Source of the DNA: a virus
Taxonomy: Duplodnaviria; Caudoviricetes
Direction: 5' to 3' (one strand)
Length of the DNA stretch: 64,000 bases
Virus record (IMG/VR): IMGVR_UViG_3300027608_000010
The notes under the pieces were generated by a model. It was not told where the DNA came from, did no database searches, and saw only the letters and a list, made by a program, of their open reading frames with translations. Position numbers and translations under genes: made by a program. Shown here in pieces: positions 19,446-29,037 of this stretch; the stretch's first letter is position 1; each line of letters starts with the position of its first letter.

Positions 19446-22378
19446 TATGCAAAACTCCATGAAGTTACAGTATCACCTGAATTAAGTGCTATACTGAATA
19501 AAATTTGATTTCCGAATGAATTTGTTGAACTTGCAGTACCAAATGATATAGTGTAAGTTTGTGCTGATATTGCAGTTCCATACGGAACTACTGTACCAAT
19601 TGCACATCCATTCGTACCATTACCCCCGTTAGCTGGGCGGCCACTGCTTCCGTCATTATAGCCAGGAACACCCGATCCGTTATATGGAAGATTTGCATCA
19701 AGCCAGCCATTTAGCGAACTTGCCGTATCAATTGCAGTACCGGGTAAAGCAAAATACAAACCACGAATTGTACCGCTGATTGTTACTGTAATACTACTTC
19801 TTGCTGTTCTAGTAAAAGCACCAAAGAAAAACTGTGCTCCACTACGACCAGTTGCTAGATCAGGTCCTGTTGGTAAATAACCAGTTGACAAATCTGTTGC
19901 AAAGTGTTTTAATGCATTCCAGCGAACAACTGCACTATCTGTTCCTGCTATAGTTTGAGCACCGGTCCATGGACTATTATAATAATTTGTAGAAGAACTA
20001 TATACTCTTGTTGCACCTGTACCAGCAATTACAATACGTTTTGCAACTGCACTTGTTCCGCCAACTGTACAAGCAATACTATCTTCAACAAATCCACTTG
20101 GTGTAGATGTGAACACTTGAATTTTCTTACTGAATGTTGATGCAGTACCTGTACCATTTACATTAGTTGCTTTAAATTGAATCTCTTGCACTGATACTAC
20201 ACTTGACGCAGTAAGTGCAACACTTTGTGGACCAATTGTTGCTTTATTTGAACTGTCTTTACCTGTATCAGCATTTGGATTATTACCAGTTAAGAATGTA
20301 CTTGGTGCACTCGTATTCAATTGTGCATAAGTTTTTGTTTGTGTTGCAACTACTGCACCGGTTGTTGATTCATAGTTTGTACCAGCCTGAATTGTAAAAG
20401 GTGTTGCAGTATTGTATGGCCCTAAATAAGTCTGACCAATCCAATCATAAATTTTACCAGTTGTTAATGTTAGTGTTGGACTACCTGTATTGTAGTACGG
20501 AACACCTGAAATGTAACGATATGTTCCTGCAGTACCTTCAGTTAGCGTAGCATTACTTAAATCTACTGTTGGGGCAGATATTACGTCATCTTTAACAAAT
20601 TCAACAACGTTTGTATTTCCACCTGTACTATGACGTAATTGTAAACTGTTTACACCCGGACTAACTGCACTTGCTGCCTTAGCAACACGGGCTTTTAATC
20701 CACTGAATAAGCTAGGACTATAAATTGATGATGCAAATGTTGTAGTGATACCTGCACTAGTTAATAAATTATAATCACTTTCACTATCAATCACTAATGA
20801 CATATTTGTACCAGAGTCATCACCTGCTGATAAAGTGATACTACCATTATCATTATCATTGACATATGCACTTATTACACCTGATGATGCAGGGTAAGCA
20901 AATGAAGTCATTGCTACTGTATTAATTGTACCAGAAGTTAATATAGTTCTATTAACCAATGTTCCTGCAGTATACACCACTGTTGTTGCTCTGTTGTTTG
21001 CAAATCCAGCAACAAGATATGGTGCTGTGCCTGTACTTGAACTGAATGTAATTGTTTTTGTACTTAGATTTGCAGGGGCAGCAATACCTGGATCGTAAAT
21101 CTTTATTGTTGATGTAGTAGAATTATTGACTCCAGCAGAAACGAACGGTGGGTTTGTAGAGTGCGATGTCAATGTCAATGTAATTGTTCTTGTGCCTGTT
21201 CCAGAGTTTTGAGTAGATCCATACGTATGACTCTTACGACCACCACCAACACCACCGTTAACGCTATCACTACTGATGGTATCTGTATTGCCATCACCCC
21301 AATTAATTGTGTAAGTAACTGCAGCCATACTAGTATTAGTTGTAGTATTTTCTAAATAGAAGGTTTCACCTTCACTTACATATAGAGTACTACCTGATAA
21401 TACAGTACCACCTGTTGTACCTCTATATAAGCCAAAGCCCATTACTGGATTTGCAGTATAGATAGCAATATAATCAGTGAGAGTTGTGCTAGCACTGCTA
21501 CCAGTGCCCGACCCACCGTTGTTATATGCAGTAACAGTTACATCATATGGGCTATCAGTATTAGTATTATATTGATGAGATGGAATAGGAGATAAAGTTG
21601 TTAATCCTGTTGTGTTTGAAGTACCATCACCCCAATTAATATCCCATCGATTTGGACTACCGTATGTTGCTACAGGTGTACTAGATATAGTCAAGCCTAC
21701 ATATGTTCCAACACCAGCCGCTATCACGTTTGCAGTAAATACCGGAGCTTTTACGTATGTGAGATTTCTAACATTTTCCATTACTTCATTTAAATCGTCA
21801 ATAGCGTCAGTTACTTTGGTGTTAGATGTCCAATTTGTTACTGTTCCCGGACTAACTAAATTACCAGGAGAAGCATCAACTGCTGTTGTAGGATATCCTA
21901 ATGGAATTGCATTTCCAACACTACCTGATATTGAACTTGCAGATAGAGTTCCGTTGATATTAAGATTACCTAATCTTACATTTCCAAATTCATTAAACGT
22001 TACTACATTGTTAGCAACTGATACATTGCTACCAAATGAAAATTCACTATTACTATTATCCCAGCCTATAAACGCATCAATGGCCTGACCATCATAGTAA
22101 TGTAATACATGACCTCTGTCTTTGTTGTCATCAACTGTTATTATATTACCGTCTCTGTCACCGCCAATGTCTACTAATGGATCAGTGATATATGTAGTAG
22201 TAGTTTCAATATATGAAACGGTCCCAAGAACGGTTAGGTTACCGGCAATATTTGCATCACCTGAAACTGTTAAATTGGCAGCAGATACGTTACCAATGCT
22301 GTCAATAATGTCTACGACATTATCGTCACCAACTGAGTAACCTGCAATAGAATTGAATTTTTTAAGAGTAGCTGTCAT
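19445..22378 (-). CDS. Large virion structural protein with PKD-like domains (copy 1)
   Basis: 977 aa. WDINWGDG and YTINWGDG motifs; DRG-HY module; paralog of 8055-12167. Confidence 0.8.
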   Translation of the reverse strand: MTATLKKFNSIAGYSVGDDNVVDIIDSIGNVSAANLTVSGDANIAGNLTVLGTVSYIETTTTYITDPLVDIGGDRDGNIITVDDNKDRGHVLHYYDGQAIDAFIGWDNSNSEFSFGSNVSVANNVVTFNEFGNVRLGNLNINGTLSASSISGSVGNAIPLGYPTTAVDASPGNLVSPGTVTNWTSNTKVTDAIDDLNEVMENVRNLTYVKAPVFTANVIAAGVGTYVGLTISSTPVATYGSPNRWDINWGDGTSNTTGLTTLSPIPSHQYNTNTDSPYDVTVTAYNNGGSGTGSSASTTLTDYIAIYTANPVMGFGLYRGTTGGTVLSGSTLYVSEGETFYLENTTTNTSMAAVTYTINWGDGNTDTISSDSVNGGVGGGRKSHTYGSTQNSGTGTRTITLTLTSHSTNPPFVSAGVNNSTTSTIKIYDPGIAAPANLSTKTITFSSSTGTAPYLVAGFANNRATTVVYTAGTLVNRTILTSGTINTVAMTSFAYPASSGVISAYVNDNDNGSITLSAGDDSGTNMSLVIDSESDYNLLTSAGITTTFASSIYSPSLFSGLKARVAKAASAVSPGVNSLQLRHSTGGNTNVVEFVKDDVISAPTVDLSNATLTEGTAGTYRYISGVPYYNTGSPTLTLTTGKIYDWIGQTYLGPYNTATPFTIQAGTNYESTTGAVVATQTKTYAQLNTSAPSTFLTGNNPNADTGKDSSNKATIGPQSVALTASSVVSVQEIQFKATNVNGTGTASTFSKKIQVFTSTPSGFVEDSIACTVGGTSAVAKRIVIAGTGATRVYSSSTNYYNSPWTGAQTIAGTDSAVVRWNALKHFATDLSTGYLPTGPDLATGRSGAQFFFGAFTRTARSSITVTISGTIRGLYFALPGTAIDTASSLNGWLDANLPYNGSGVPGYNDGSSGRPANGGNGTNGCAIGTVVPYGTAISAQTYTISFGTASSTNSFGNQILFSIALNSGDTVTSWSFA

Positions 22379-22389
22379 TTAAGTTCTCG

Positions 22390-25389
22390 TTAGATAGTTT
22401 TATATTGTGTAGTCCACAAGATAGGATTAGTACTTGACGGAGTTACAAGAAGTTGTACCTTACCACCGCTATAGTTTGCACTAAGTCTACCAACCCAACC
22501 TCCAATATTTACAGTACCATATACATCATATGAGATATTAGCTCCATCATGTACACATGCAACAGTAGCAATACTGTATTTGAATGCAGTTGTATCTTCA
22601 CCTTTGACAAAGAATTCAACTCCACGATATGATGCGGCATCTACTTCAGCAATAATTTGTCCAACGGTCGTTGCAGTTGTTGTGATTGTACTAGATCGGA
22701 TTGATGAGTTACCAATTTTAACTGTTGTTGGGCTAATTTGACCAACAGTAATGTCACCTAAATGTACATACCCAGAAACATTAAGATTACCGACAAGATT
22801 AGCACCCGAGTTGTGTACCGTGAATGTTGTTACTCCACTAACAGTAGATACAATGTTACCATTGTTGTACGCATAAACGTTACTAGTACCGTTGGATAAT
22901 ATACCTTTATTAATAGCAGTAAAACTTAGTGTTCCTGCACCGTCTGTGTTCAATACTAAAACTTCACCTGAACCCGGAACAGTAGGATTATCTGCTAATG
23001 GGTATTGTAGTCCGCCTGCATATAAATTACTTGCTCTAATTTTATCAATGTTTGCAAAATTCGAAACGCTAATATTAGCTAAACCTGACATATCAGTAAT
23101 ATTTGGTTGACTAGATGTTTCTATTCTACCGTATATATTTGCACTAATTAAATTACCTAAATGCAAATTAGCATATGTACCTGTTGCAACTTCATTAGTT
23201 AACGTTGCACCGGAAAGAATTTCAAATTCTCTATTAGCAGTTGACCAACCAAAGAATTGATTTGATGCGGCACTGCTATAATAATTACGTAATAATAAAC
23301 CCCTATCACCAGTAACAGTGCCTGCTAGATCATTAGCATTTCCTGAACCACCCAATGAAATTACTGGATCAGTCGAGTCAATATTTGTTACATTAATATA
23401 AGTAGTTGTTCCGTTGACTGTTAAGTTACCAGTAATATCTAAATTACCACCAACACTTGTATCCGATCCGACAGATAAACTACCGGATATATTTGCATTC
23501 TTTGGTGCAACTGTTGTTCCAACTATTAAGTTTCCACCAACGTTAGCTATGCCACCTACATTGATATTTCCACCAATACCAACGCCACCTGTTACTACAA
23601 AAGCACCAGTATTAACATCAGTTGAAGTTGTAGTATTTGATACTTTACTATTTCCCCAAACTAATAAATTTGCGGGAGTAGCGACATTTCCAATAATAAC
23701 GTTACCATAAGTCTGTACATTACCGGCAACAAGATTACCAGTAACAATTTGATCTGTTGTGGTAACTGATCCGGTACCGGTAGATGAAATTGTAGCAGTG
23801 CCTAATCTAATACTATATCCAGATAACCACAAGTCTTTCCAAGGATGAGTTTCAGAACCCAAATCATAACCTATATGATTTGCCCCATCACCGGCGATAG
23901 ATGGAATCAAATTTGACGTAACATAATTTCTTACATTCAAATTACCTATATCTAATGCACCAACAATATTTGCATTACCACCAACATATGCATCACCTGA
24001 AATATTTGCATTAGTTTTTGCAGTAGAGTTACCAATTAAGATATTACCATATATTTGTGTGTTTGCGGAAATTGATACATTACCACCAAATACAGAATCA
24101 CCTCGTACATTAGCAGTCTCTACTACATAAAGAGTTTTACTTTTAACTTCTCCTGAAGTAACCGCAATATTACCTGAGCCAACTAAATTTCCCGCAGTAT
24201 CAAATGATAGTGTACTACCGTTTGTAGCATCAAAGTAGAAGCCACCTAAATTAGCAATCAATGTCGAATGGTTTGCACCATCGTCATATTTCAACTCAAC
24301 CTTACCACCTGCGCCAGGAGCATTAATGCTGACTATATTTGTAGATGTACCAACAATATATCCACCAGTACTGAATACAACATTAGAAAGATTAGTAACA
24401 TTTCCTACACTAACATTACCACCAAATGTGACTAGATTACTGGTTTTATTGTATGTAATACCATTAGCACCGGCAATTGCATTACCGTCATTGAATAATA
24501 CTGTTGTATCTAAACCTTGATTTGCAAGTGACGTTGAGAAAATAGTACCATATATATTACCATATATATTGCTTGTTACATTTCCTGCAACATCAAGGTT
24601 GCCAATAATATTTGCACCTGCAGAAAGATTAAGATGTCCTGCTTGTAAATTTGCATTACCAGAAGCATAGGTGAATACCCATGCATTGGCTGCTTCTGTC
24701 CATAATAATGATGTACTAGATCCTGTACCACGATCAATTTGAAAACCTGATGTTCCTGAACTTACGCTTGACCCAGATTCACCTTTGTTTAGAATAACAA
24801 TATTATCTTCAATTGTTGTGTTTGTTGTTTCTAAACTTGTTAATGATCCTTGAACTGTTAGATTACCACCAATAGTAGCATCACCACTGGTGTAAAAGTT
24901 ATTAGCCTTTAGTTTATCTTCTGCAAAATCATAATAAAGATTAGCAGTATCTTGTAATCGATGAGAGTTATTAGAAAGAACTAGCCTAGTGTCTGTTAAA
25001 TTGTTTGCATAAATATTTGCACCAACAATGTTACCGGAGACACTTACGTTTGATGTTAAAAATTGTCCATTAGCAGGATAAAAAGCTAAGTTTACATTTG
25101 AACTAAAATTATTACCAACATTATATTGAATTTCATAGTTAGCACCGGCTGCTTCTTGTAAGTCCCATGCAATACCGTTTGCATATAGTAGATGGTCTGT
25201 TCTAAGATTACCAGTAAGTATTGTATTACCAACGATAAGATTACCATTACCTGCAGCTATTGTACCAATAGTAACATTTGATGTTAGTCTAGCATTACCG
25301 GTCGTTATATCACCGTTTGCTAATATGACACTCGTTGGGAGTTCACCTACTGAGAAACCACCAACTGAGTTAAATGTGCGAATAGCCAT
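22390..25389 (-). CDS. Long fibre-like structural protein
   Basis: 999 aa of Asn/Gly/Val repeats. N-terminus FNSVGGFSVG; C-terminal YRGVEFFVK...VHDG...YDVYG domain. Confidence 0.8.
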   Translation of the reverse strand: MAIRTFNSVGGFSVGELPTSVILANGDITTGNARLTSNVTIGTIAAGNGNLIVGNTILTGNLRTDHLLYANGIAWDLQEAAGANYEIQYNVGNNFSSNVNLAFYPANGQFLTSNVSVSGNIVGANIYANNLTDTRLVLSNNSHRLQDTANLYYDFAEDKLKANNFYTSGDATIGGNLTVQGSLTSLETTNTTIEDNIVILNKGESGSSVSSGTSGFQIDRGTGSSTSLLWTEAANAWVFTYASGNANLQAGHLNLSAGANIIGNLDVAGNVTSNIYGNIYGTIFSTSLANQGLDTTVLFNDGNAIAGANGITYNKTSNLVTFGGNVSVGNVTNLSNVVFSTGGYIVGTSTNIVSINAPGAGGKVELKYDDGANHSTLIANLGGFYFDATNGSTLSFDTAGNLVGSGNIAVTSGEVKSKTLYVVETANVRGDSVFGGNVSISANTQIYGNILIGNSTAKTNANISGDAYVGGNANIVGALDIGNLNVRNYVTSNLIPSIAGDGANHIGYDLGSETHPWKDLWLSGYSIRLGTATISSTGTGSVTTTDQIVTGNLVAGNVQTYGNVIIGNVATPANLLVWGNSKVSNTTTSTDVNTGAFVVTGGVGIGGNINVGGIANVGGNLIVGTTVAPKNANISGSLSVGSDTSVGGNLDITGNLTVNGTTTYINVTNIDSTDPVISLGGSGNANDLAGTVTGDRGLLLRNYYSSAASNQFFGWSTANREFEILSGATLTNEVATGTYANLHLGNLISANIYGRIETSSQPNITDMSGLANISVSNFANIDKIRASNLYAGGLQYPLADNPTVPGSGEVLVLNTDGAGTLSFTAINKGILSNGTSNVYAYNNGNIVSTVSGVTTFTVHNSGANLVGNLNVSGYVHLGDITVGQISPTTVKIGNSSIRSSTITTTATTVGQIIAEVDAASYRGVEFFVKGEDTTAFKYSIATVACVHDGANISYDVYGTVNIGGWVGRLSANYSGGKVQLLVTPSSTNPILWTTQYKTI

Positions 25390-25404
25390 GTCTTTTTATC
25401 CTTA

Positions 25405-26103
25405 TTAATCTTTAAATTTTGTAATCAAAATTTTATATTCTGTCAAATCTGCTGTCATCGGAGATGCAGTTAATACTACATTACCGGCTCCGCCACCTGC
25501 TTCAAAACTAACTCTAAAATCAGCTACTCCAGGACTTGTTATTGGTAAATCTACTGTACCAAATTCAGAATACTCTACTGTACTTCCTAAGATTGCCGCG
25601 TTTAAATCACTTACTTGTCTATAATTTAATGAAGTATTGGTTGCAATGATCGTGTAGTTAATTGCTGAAATACTACTAGCATATGATCTATGCAATACTT
25701 GATATGCCGATGCACTACTAGTAGTAGAAATTTGTGATGAAATTTCATAGAATTGGTTTGGAGGTAACCCTAATGTGAAAGTTGAGGCTGCTAGATCGCT
25801 TTCTACTGTTACTGATTTTGTAACTTTATCATATAAAACTCCTTCAGCACTAACAGCAATTTGACCGTCATTGAATAATAGTGCGCCCTGAGAACCTGAA
25901 ATTGTAATGTTACCTGAAACATTACCGGTAATATTACCATTGATGTTTGTTGCACTGATATCACCTGATACTGCTAAGTTACCTGATAAACTAACATTAC
26001 CAAATCTTGCTCTATCTGCTGTAATATACCCATTGGCAGCTACAACTTGGATAGGTGGAATTCCTACCGTGTAACCATAGGGTGCATTAAAAGGTTCTGA
26101 CAT
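25405..26103 (-). CDS. Short fibre-like structural protein
   Basis: 232 aa. N-terminus FNAPYGYTVG; C-terminal domain weakly related to that of 22390-25389. Confidence 0.75.
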   Translation of the reverse strand: MSEPFNAPYGYTVGIPPIQVVAANGYITADRARFGNVSLSGNLAVSGDISATNINGNITGNVSGNITISGSQGALLFNDGQIAVSAEGVLYDKVTKSVTVESDLAASTFTLGLPPNQFYEISSQISTTSSASAYQVLHRSYASSISAINYTIIATNTSLNYRQVSDLNAAILGSTVEYSEFGTVDLPITSPGVADFRVSFEAGGGAGNVVLTASPMTADLTEYKILITKFKD

Positions 26104-26130
26104 ATTTCTCCCAAATATTTTTATATACTT

Positions 26131-26138
26131 TATTTATC
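26131..26138 (-). promoter_or_regulatory. Putative late promoter GATAAATA heading the fibre operon
   Basis: Lies just downstream (transcriptionally) of a terminator and upstream of the ATG at 26103. Confidence 0.65.
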
Positions 26139-26171
26139 AGTTTTGGGAAATAGTATAAGTGAGCATATACC

Positions 26172-26199
26172 AAAAAAAAGAGCACCGAAGTGCTCTTTT
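26172..26199 (-). terminator. Rho-independent terminator
   Basis: Minus strand AAAAGAGCAC-UUCG-GUGCUCUUUUUUUU; C(UUCG)G tetraloop and U-tract. Confidence 0.9.
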
Positions 26200-26219
26200 A
26201 CTTTTAATCAAATTACTGA

Positions 26220-26573
26220 TTAGTTTGTGAACGTTGCTGTAGCAGTAGTTGTTCCGCCTGTAGCTGTATCTAATGTTCCTGTTGTCCAAGCCTCTGTTGG
26301 ATAGCAAGCAAAAGCGATTGTATCTGTACTTGTATTAGTTACTTCGTACATGTAAATAGTTGCTTTTGTTTGAATAGCTTGAACACATGCGTTCAACACA
26401 TCACCATCAGTTGCTACACTAGCTAATGCGATAGTGAAGAAGTCTAATTTTGGACCTTGTGGTTGAACTGTTGCTGCTGAAGTTACAGCATTAACTCCAC
26501 CAACTGTATAGTCTGGTGTGTCAAAGTTTGCTACTGGGTTATAGTCACCATGGACTCTAGTTACGAATGGCAT
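26220..26573 (-). CDS. Small protein downstream of the major capsid gene; possible capsid decoration protein
   Basis: 117 aa, MPFVTRVHGD...; AAGGA RBS; own promoter and terminator. The function is inferred from position only. Confidence 0.7.
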   Translation of the reverse strand: MPFVTRVHGDYNPVANFDTPDYTVGGVNAVTSAATVQPQGPKLDFFTIALASVATDGDVLNACVQAIQTKATIYMYEVTNTSTDTIAFACYPTEAWTTGTLDTATGGTTTATATFTN

Positions 26574-26622
26574 AATAAATTTCCTTTAAATTGTTGCACT
26601 TCATATAGAGAGTGCATACTAT

Positions 26623-26630
26623 TATTTATG
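26623..26630 (-). promoter_or_regulatory. Putative late promoter CATAAATA
   Basis: Between the gp23 terminator and 26573. Confidence 0.55.
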
Positions 26631-26640
26631 CCACTGCAAC

Positions 26641-26668
26641 AAAAAAGGGCACCTAAGTGCCCTTTTTT
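26641..26668 (-). terminator. Rho-independent terminator after the major capsid gene
   Basis: AAAAAAGGGCAC-4nt-GTGCCCTTTTTT; A6/T6 flanks, so potentially bidirectional. Confidence 0.9.
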
Positions 26669-26700
26669 GACCTTCCCATCCCTGGGTTAGTACTCCAATA

Positions 26701-27903
26701 TTATTGGAATGATAGAGTTGCAGAGTTGATATCGATTTCACCAACGTAGTCAGCCGCATTACCGAAAGATGATGCAGTGTTTGTCAATTCGATGTAACCA
26801 TAACGTGTCATGAATGATACGACTGGTTCGAATGTTGCTGGATCTAGAACAACACCAGATGACATCAATGGGATGTATGGGCAATAGAAAGCTGCCGCAT
26901 CTGTTTCGCTTGTACCTTTGTAACCAACTAGAACAGCTTGTCCGTCACCAGCATAACTGTTAACGAATACACGCATAGCACCGTTCAATGTACCAACAAA
27001 CTTAGTGTTTGTAGGAGCTTCGAATGTACCTTCTGTTGTACGTGCAAAAGCTGATGTTGTAGCTGACTGTAGAACTGTCAATGCTGCTGGAGAAACAACT
27101 GCCCAGTTACCAGCACCACGACGAGTGCGTTGAGCAATCTTGTTAGCAACACGATTGATAAGAACTGCCAATGCGGCATGTTCGTCACCAACGAATGTAG
27201 CTGTACCAGATACTGTAGCTTGGTTGTAAGTTTCTTCTGTAGTAGCCAATGTAGCTAGGCTCAATAGAATCTCTTGGTCAATTTCAGCAGTAATTTCTTG
27301 TGCTAAAGCTGCCATGATTTCTGCTTCAACGTCAATACCATGTTGAGACTGAGCATCTTGTGCTGCCTCAAATGTCCAACGTGCTTGCAATTTACGTGAC
27401 TTAGCTTCAACAGCTTGACGTAGAATCTGAACAGAAATCTGACGACCGCCTTGACCTTCCATACGTGCTGTAGGAGCACCTGTGTAATTGGTCTGTGCAC
27501 CTGTACCTGTACCTGCAGAGTATGCCTGAGCAATTTTGAATGGGCTTAGAGCTTCTTCACCTGCTTGAACATCAGTATTAGCACCGCTTGTGTCATTCAA
27601 TGATTCTGCGTAACGAACACGTAGAGTATGAATCTGACCAACTGGTCCTGTCATTGGCTGAACACCAACCAACTCGTTAGCGATAACTGTTGGCATGACA
27701 CGACGGATAACTGGTAGAATCACACGGTTTAATGTTGCGATGTTACCTGAACCTGTTGCACCAGTAGATGCGGATTCAGATAGTAATGATTTGCGAGTAT
27801 TTTCTAAAATAACTTGCATTGTTGAGCGGCGATTACCTTTAAGACCTTCAAGTAGGGCTTCTTTAGTCTCATCCCAACGACTTTCTAATAGAACTTGTGA
27901 CAT
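26701..27903 (-). CDS. gp23: Major capsid protein (T4 gp23-like)
   Basis: 400 aa. GVQPMTGPVG, RKLQARWTFEAAQD, LAQEITAEIDQEI, FYCPYIPL, FMTRYG motifs; AGGAGA RBS. Confidence 0.97.
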   Translation of the reverse strand: MSQVLLESRWDETKEALLEGLKGNRRSTMQVILENTRKSLLSESASTGATGSGNIATLNRVILPVIRRVMPTVIANELVGVQPMTGPVGQIHTLRVRYAESLNDTSGANTDVQAGEEALSPFKIAQAYSAGTGTGAQTNYTGAPTARMEGQGGRQISVQILRQAVEAKSRKLQARWTFEAAQDAQSQHGIDVEAEIMAALAQEITAEIDQEILLSLATLATTEETYNQATVSGTATFVGDEHAALAVLINRVANKIAQRTRRGAGNWAVVSPAALTVLQSATTSAFARTTEGTFEAPTNTKFVGTLNGAMRVFVNSYAGDGQAVLVGYKGTSETDAAAFYCPYIPLMSSGVVLDPATFEPVVSFMTRYGYIELTNTASSFGNAADYVGEIDINSATLSFQ

Positions 27904-27934
27904 TTTTATATTCTCCTAAATTTATGTCTTTTAT

Positions 27935-29035
27935 TTAAATCCCCGCCAAACGTCTTAGATCGATTACGTTATCACGCGGTTCGACTTCAGGTTTTTGTAT
28001 GGCAGATTTATTACCAGTAACTTCTTTAACACCTTCTGAAAGCATAGACTTTTTAGTTTCTTTTCTTTCATTGATATTATTAAGTACTGCTGGTAGATAC
28101 TTTTCGAATGCGCCTTGTAGACGAGGTGTCTGGACGCTCTCTAGTAAATCACGCATTATAGTTGCTTTTTCCTCATTTAGAGGTGATAACAATTCATCCA
28201 TAGTTTTTTGACGACTAGTAGATTCTTTGATAATACGAACTTCACGTTCTTTTGACTCAATCAACTTTTTAGCGTTAGTGAGTGTTTTAATGGATTCAGC
28301 TAATTGTTCATCTTTATACATTAGTTGGTTGTACAACTTACGTGTCTCAGCTTTTTCCTGTAGATAGGTTGTGCTGAATTCACTTGCGAAAGATTCAAAA
28401 ATCTTACGACCAAAATCGTTTTCACGTGCGGTCTTAATATCTTCTCTCAATTGGCCTAATTCACCCTTTAGATGTTTGCTTACAGATTCATTCATTCTCT
28501 TAGCACTTACTGTCACAAATTGTGATTTCAATGTTTCAAGTTGTTTACGACCTTCTGCAACTAACTTAACCTTTGCTTCAACTACTGCTTGTTTGTCTTG
28601 TGCGAATTCTTTAATTTCACGGGCAAGAGCATGAACAATAAATTGTTCTAGCTTTTGTTGACTTTCCATTTGTAGTTTACGCTCATTACGTAGTTCTTTA
28701 ATTTCTTCGGATAGTTTAGTAACCATGAAATTATTGAACTTGGCTGCATTTTCATGTAGCTTGCGTTTAGCGTTAACGCGGTCTTCGTTCATTGCTTGTC
28801 TTTCTAGTTGAAATTCTTCAATTTCATCTGTCAGACCATCTGTAATCATTTTATCTAGGGCTTCGACCATTACGTTCTTATCGTGTTCATAACGCTGTGC
28901 AAATTCTTCTCTTAATTCTGCACGTACTTGCTCTTTGGCTTCGTTCAATTTAGATTCCCATGCCTCATTGATAGAGATACTAGTTTCTTCATTAATAATT
29001 CCATTGTCAAGTAATGGCTTGATAGCATCTAACAT
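27935..29035 (-). CDS. gp22: Prohead core scaffold protein (T4 gp22-like)
   Basis: 366-aa Glu/Lys-rich coiled coil between the protease and MCP genes. Confidence 0.85.
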   Translation of the reverse strand: MLDAIKPLLDNGIINEETSISINEAWESKLNEAKEQVRAELREEFAQRYEHDKNVMVEALDKMITDGLTDEIEEFQLERQAMNEDRVNAKRKLHENAAKFNNFMVTKLSEEIKELRNERKLQMESQQKLEQFIVHALAREIKEFAQDKQAVVEAKVKLVAEGRKQLETLKSQFVTVSAKRMNESVSKHLKGELGQLREDIKTARENDFGRKIFESFASEFSTTYLQEKAETRKLYNQLMYKDEQLAESIKTLTNAKKLIESKEREVRIIKESTSRQKTMDELLSPLNEEKATIMRDLLESVQTPRLQGAFEKYLPAVLNNINERKETKKSMLSEGVKEVTGNKSAIQKPEVEPRDNVIDLRRLAGI

Positions 29036-29037
29036 GC

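Noticed and set aside
40-24520. Many plus-strand ORFs of 60-160 aa overlapping the fibre genes (e.g. 10885-11322, 13387-13758, 17931-18323, 21612-22088)
   Set aside because: They are antisense shadows of repetitive Asn/Gly/Thr/Val codons, rich in Leu/Pro/Val, with no RBS, and lie wholly inside well-supported minus-strand genes.
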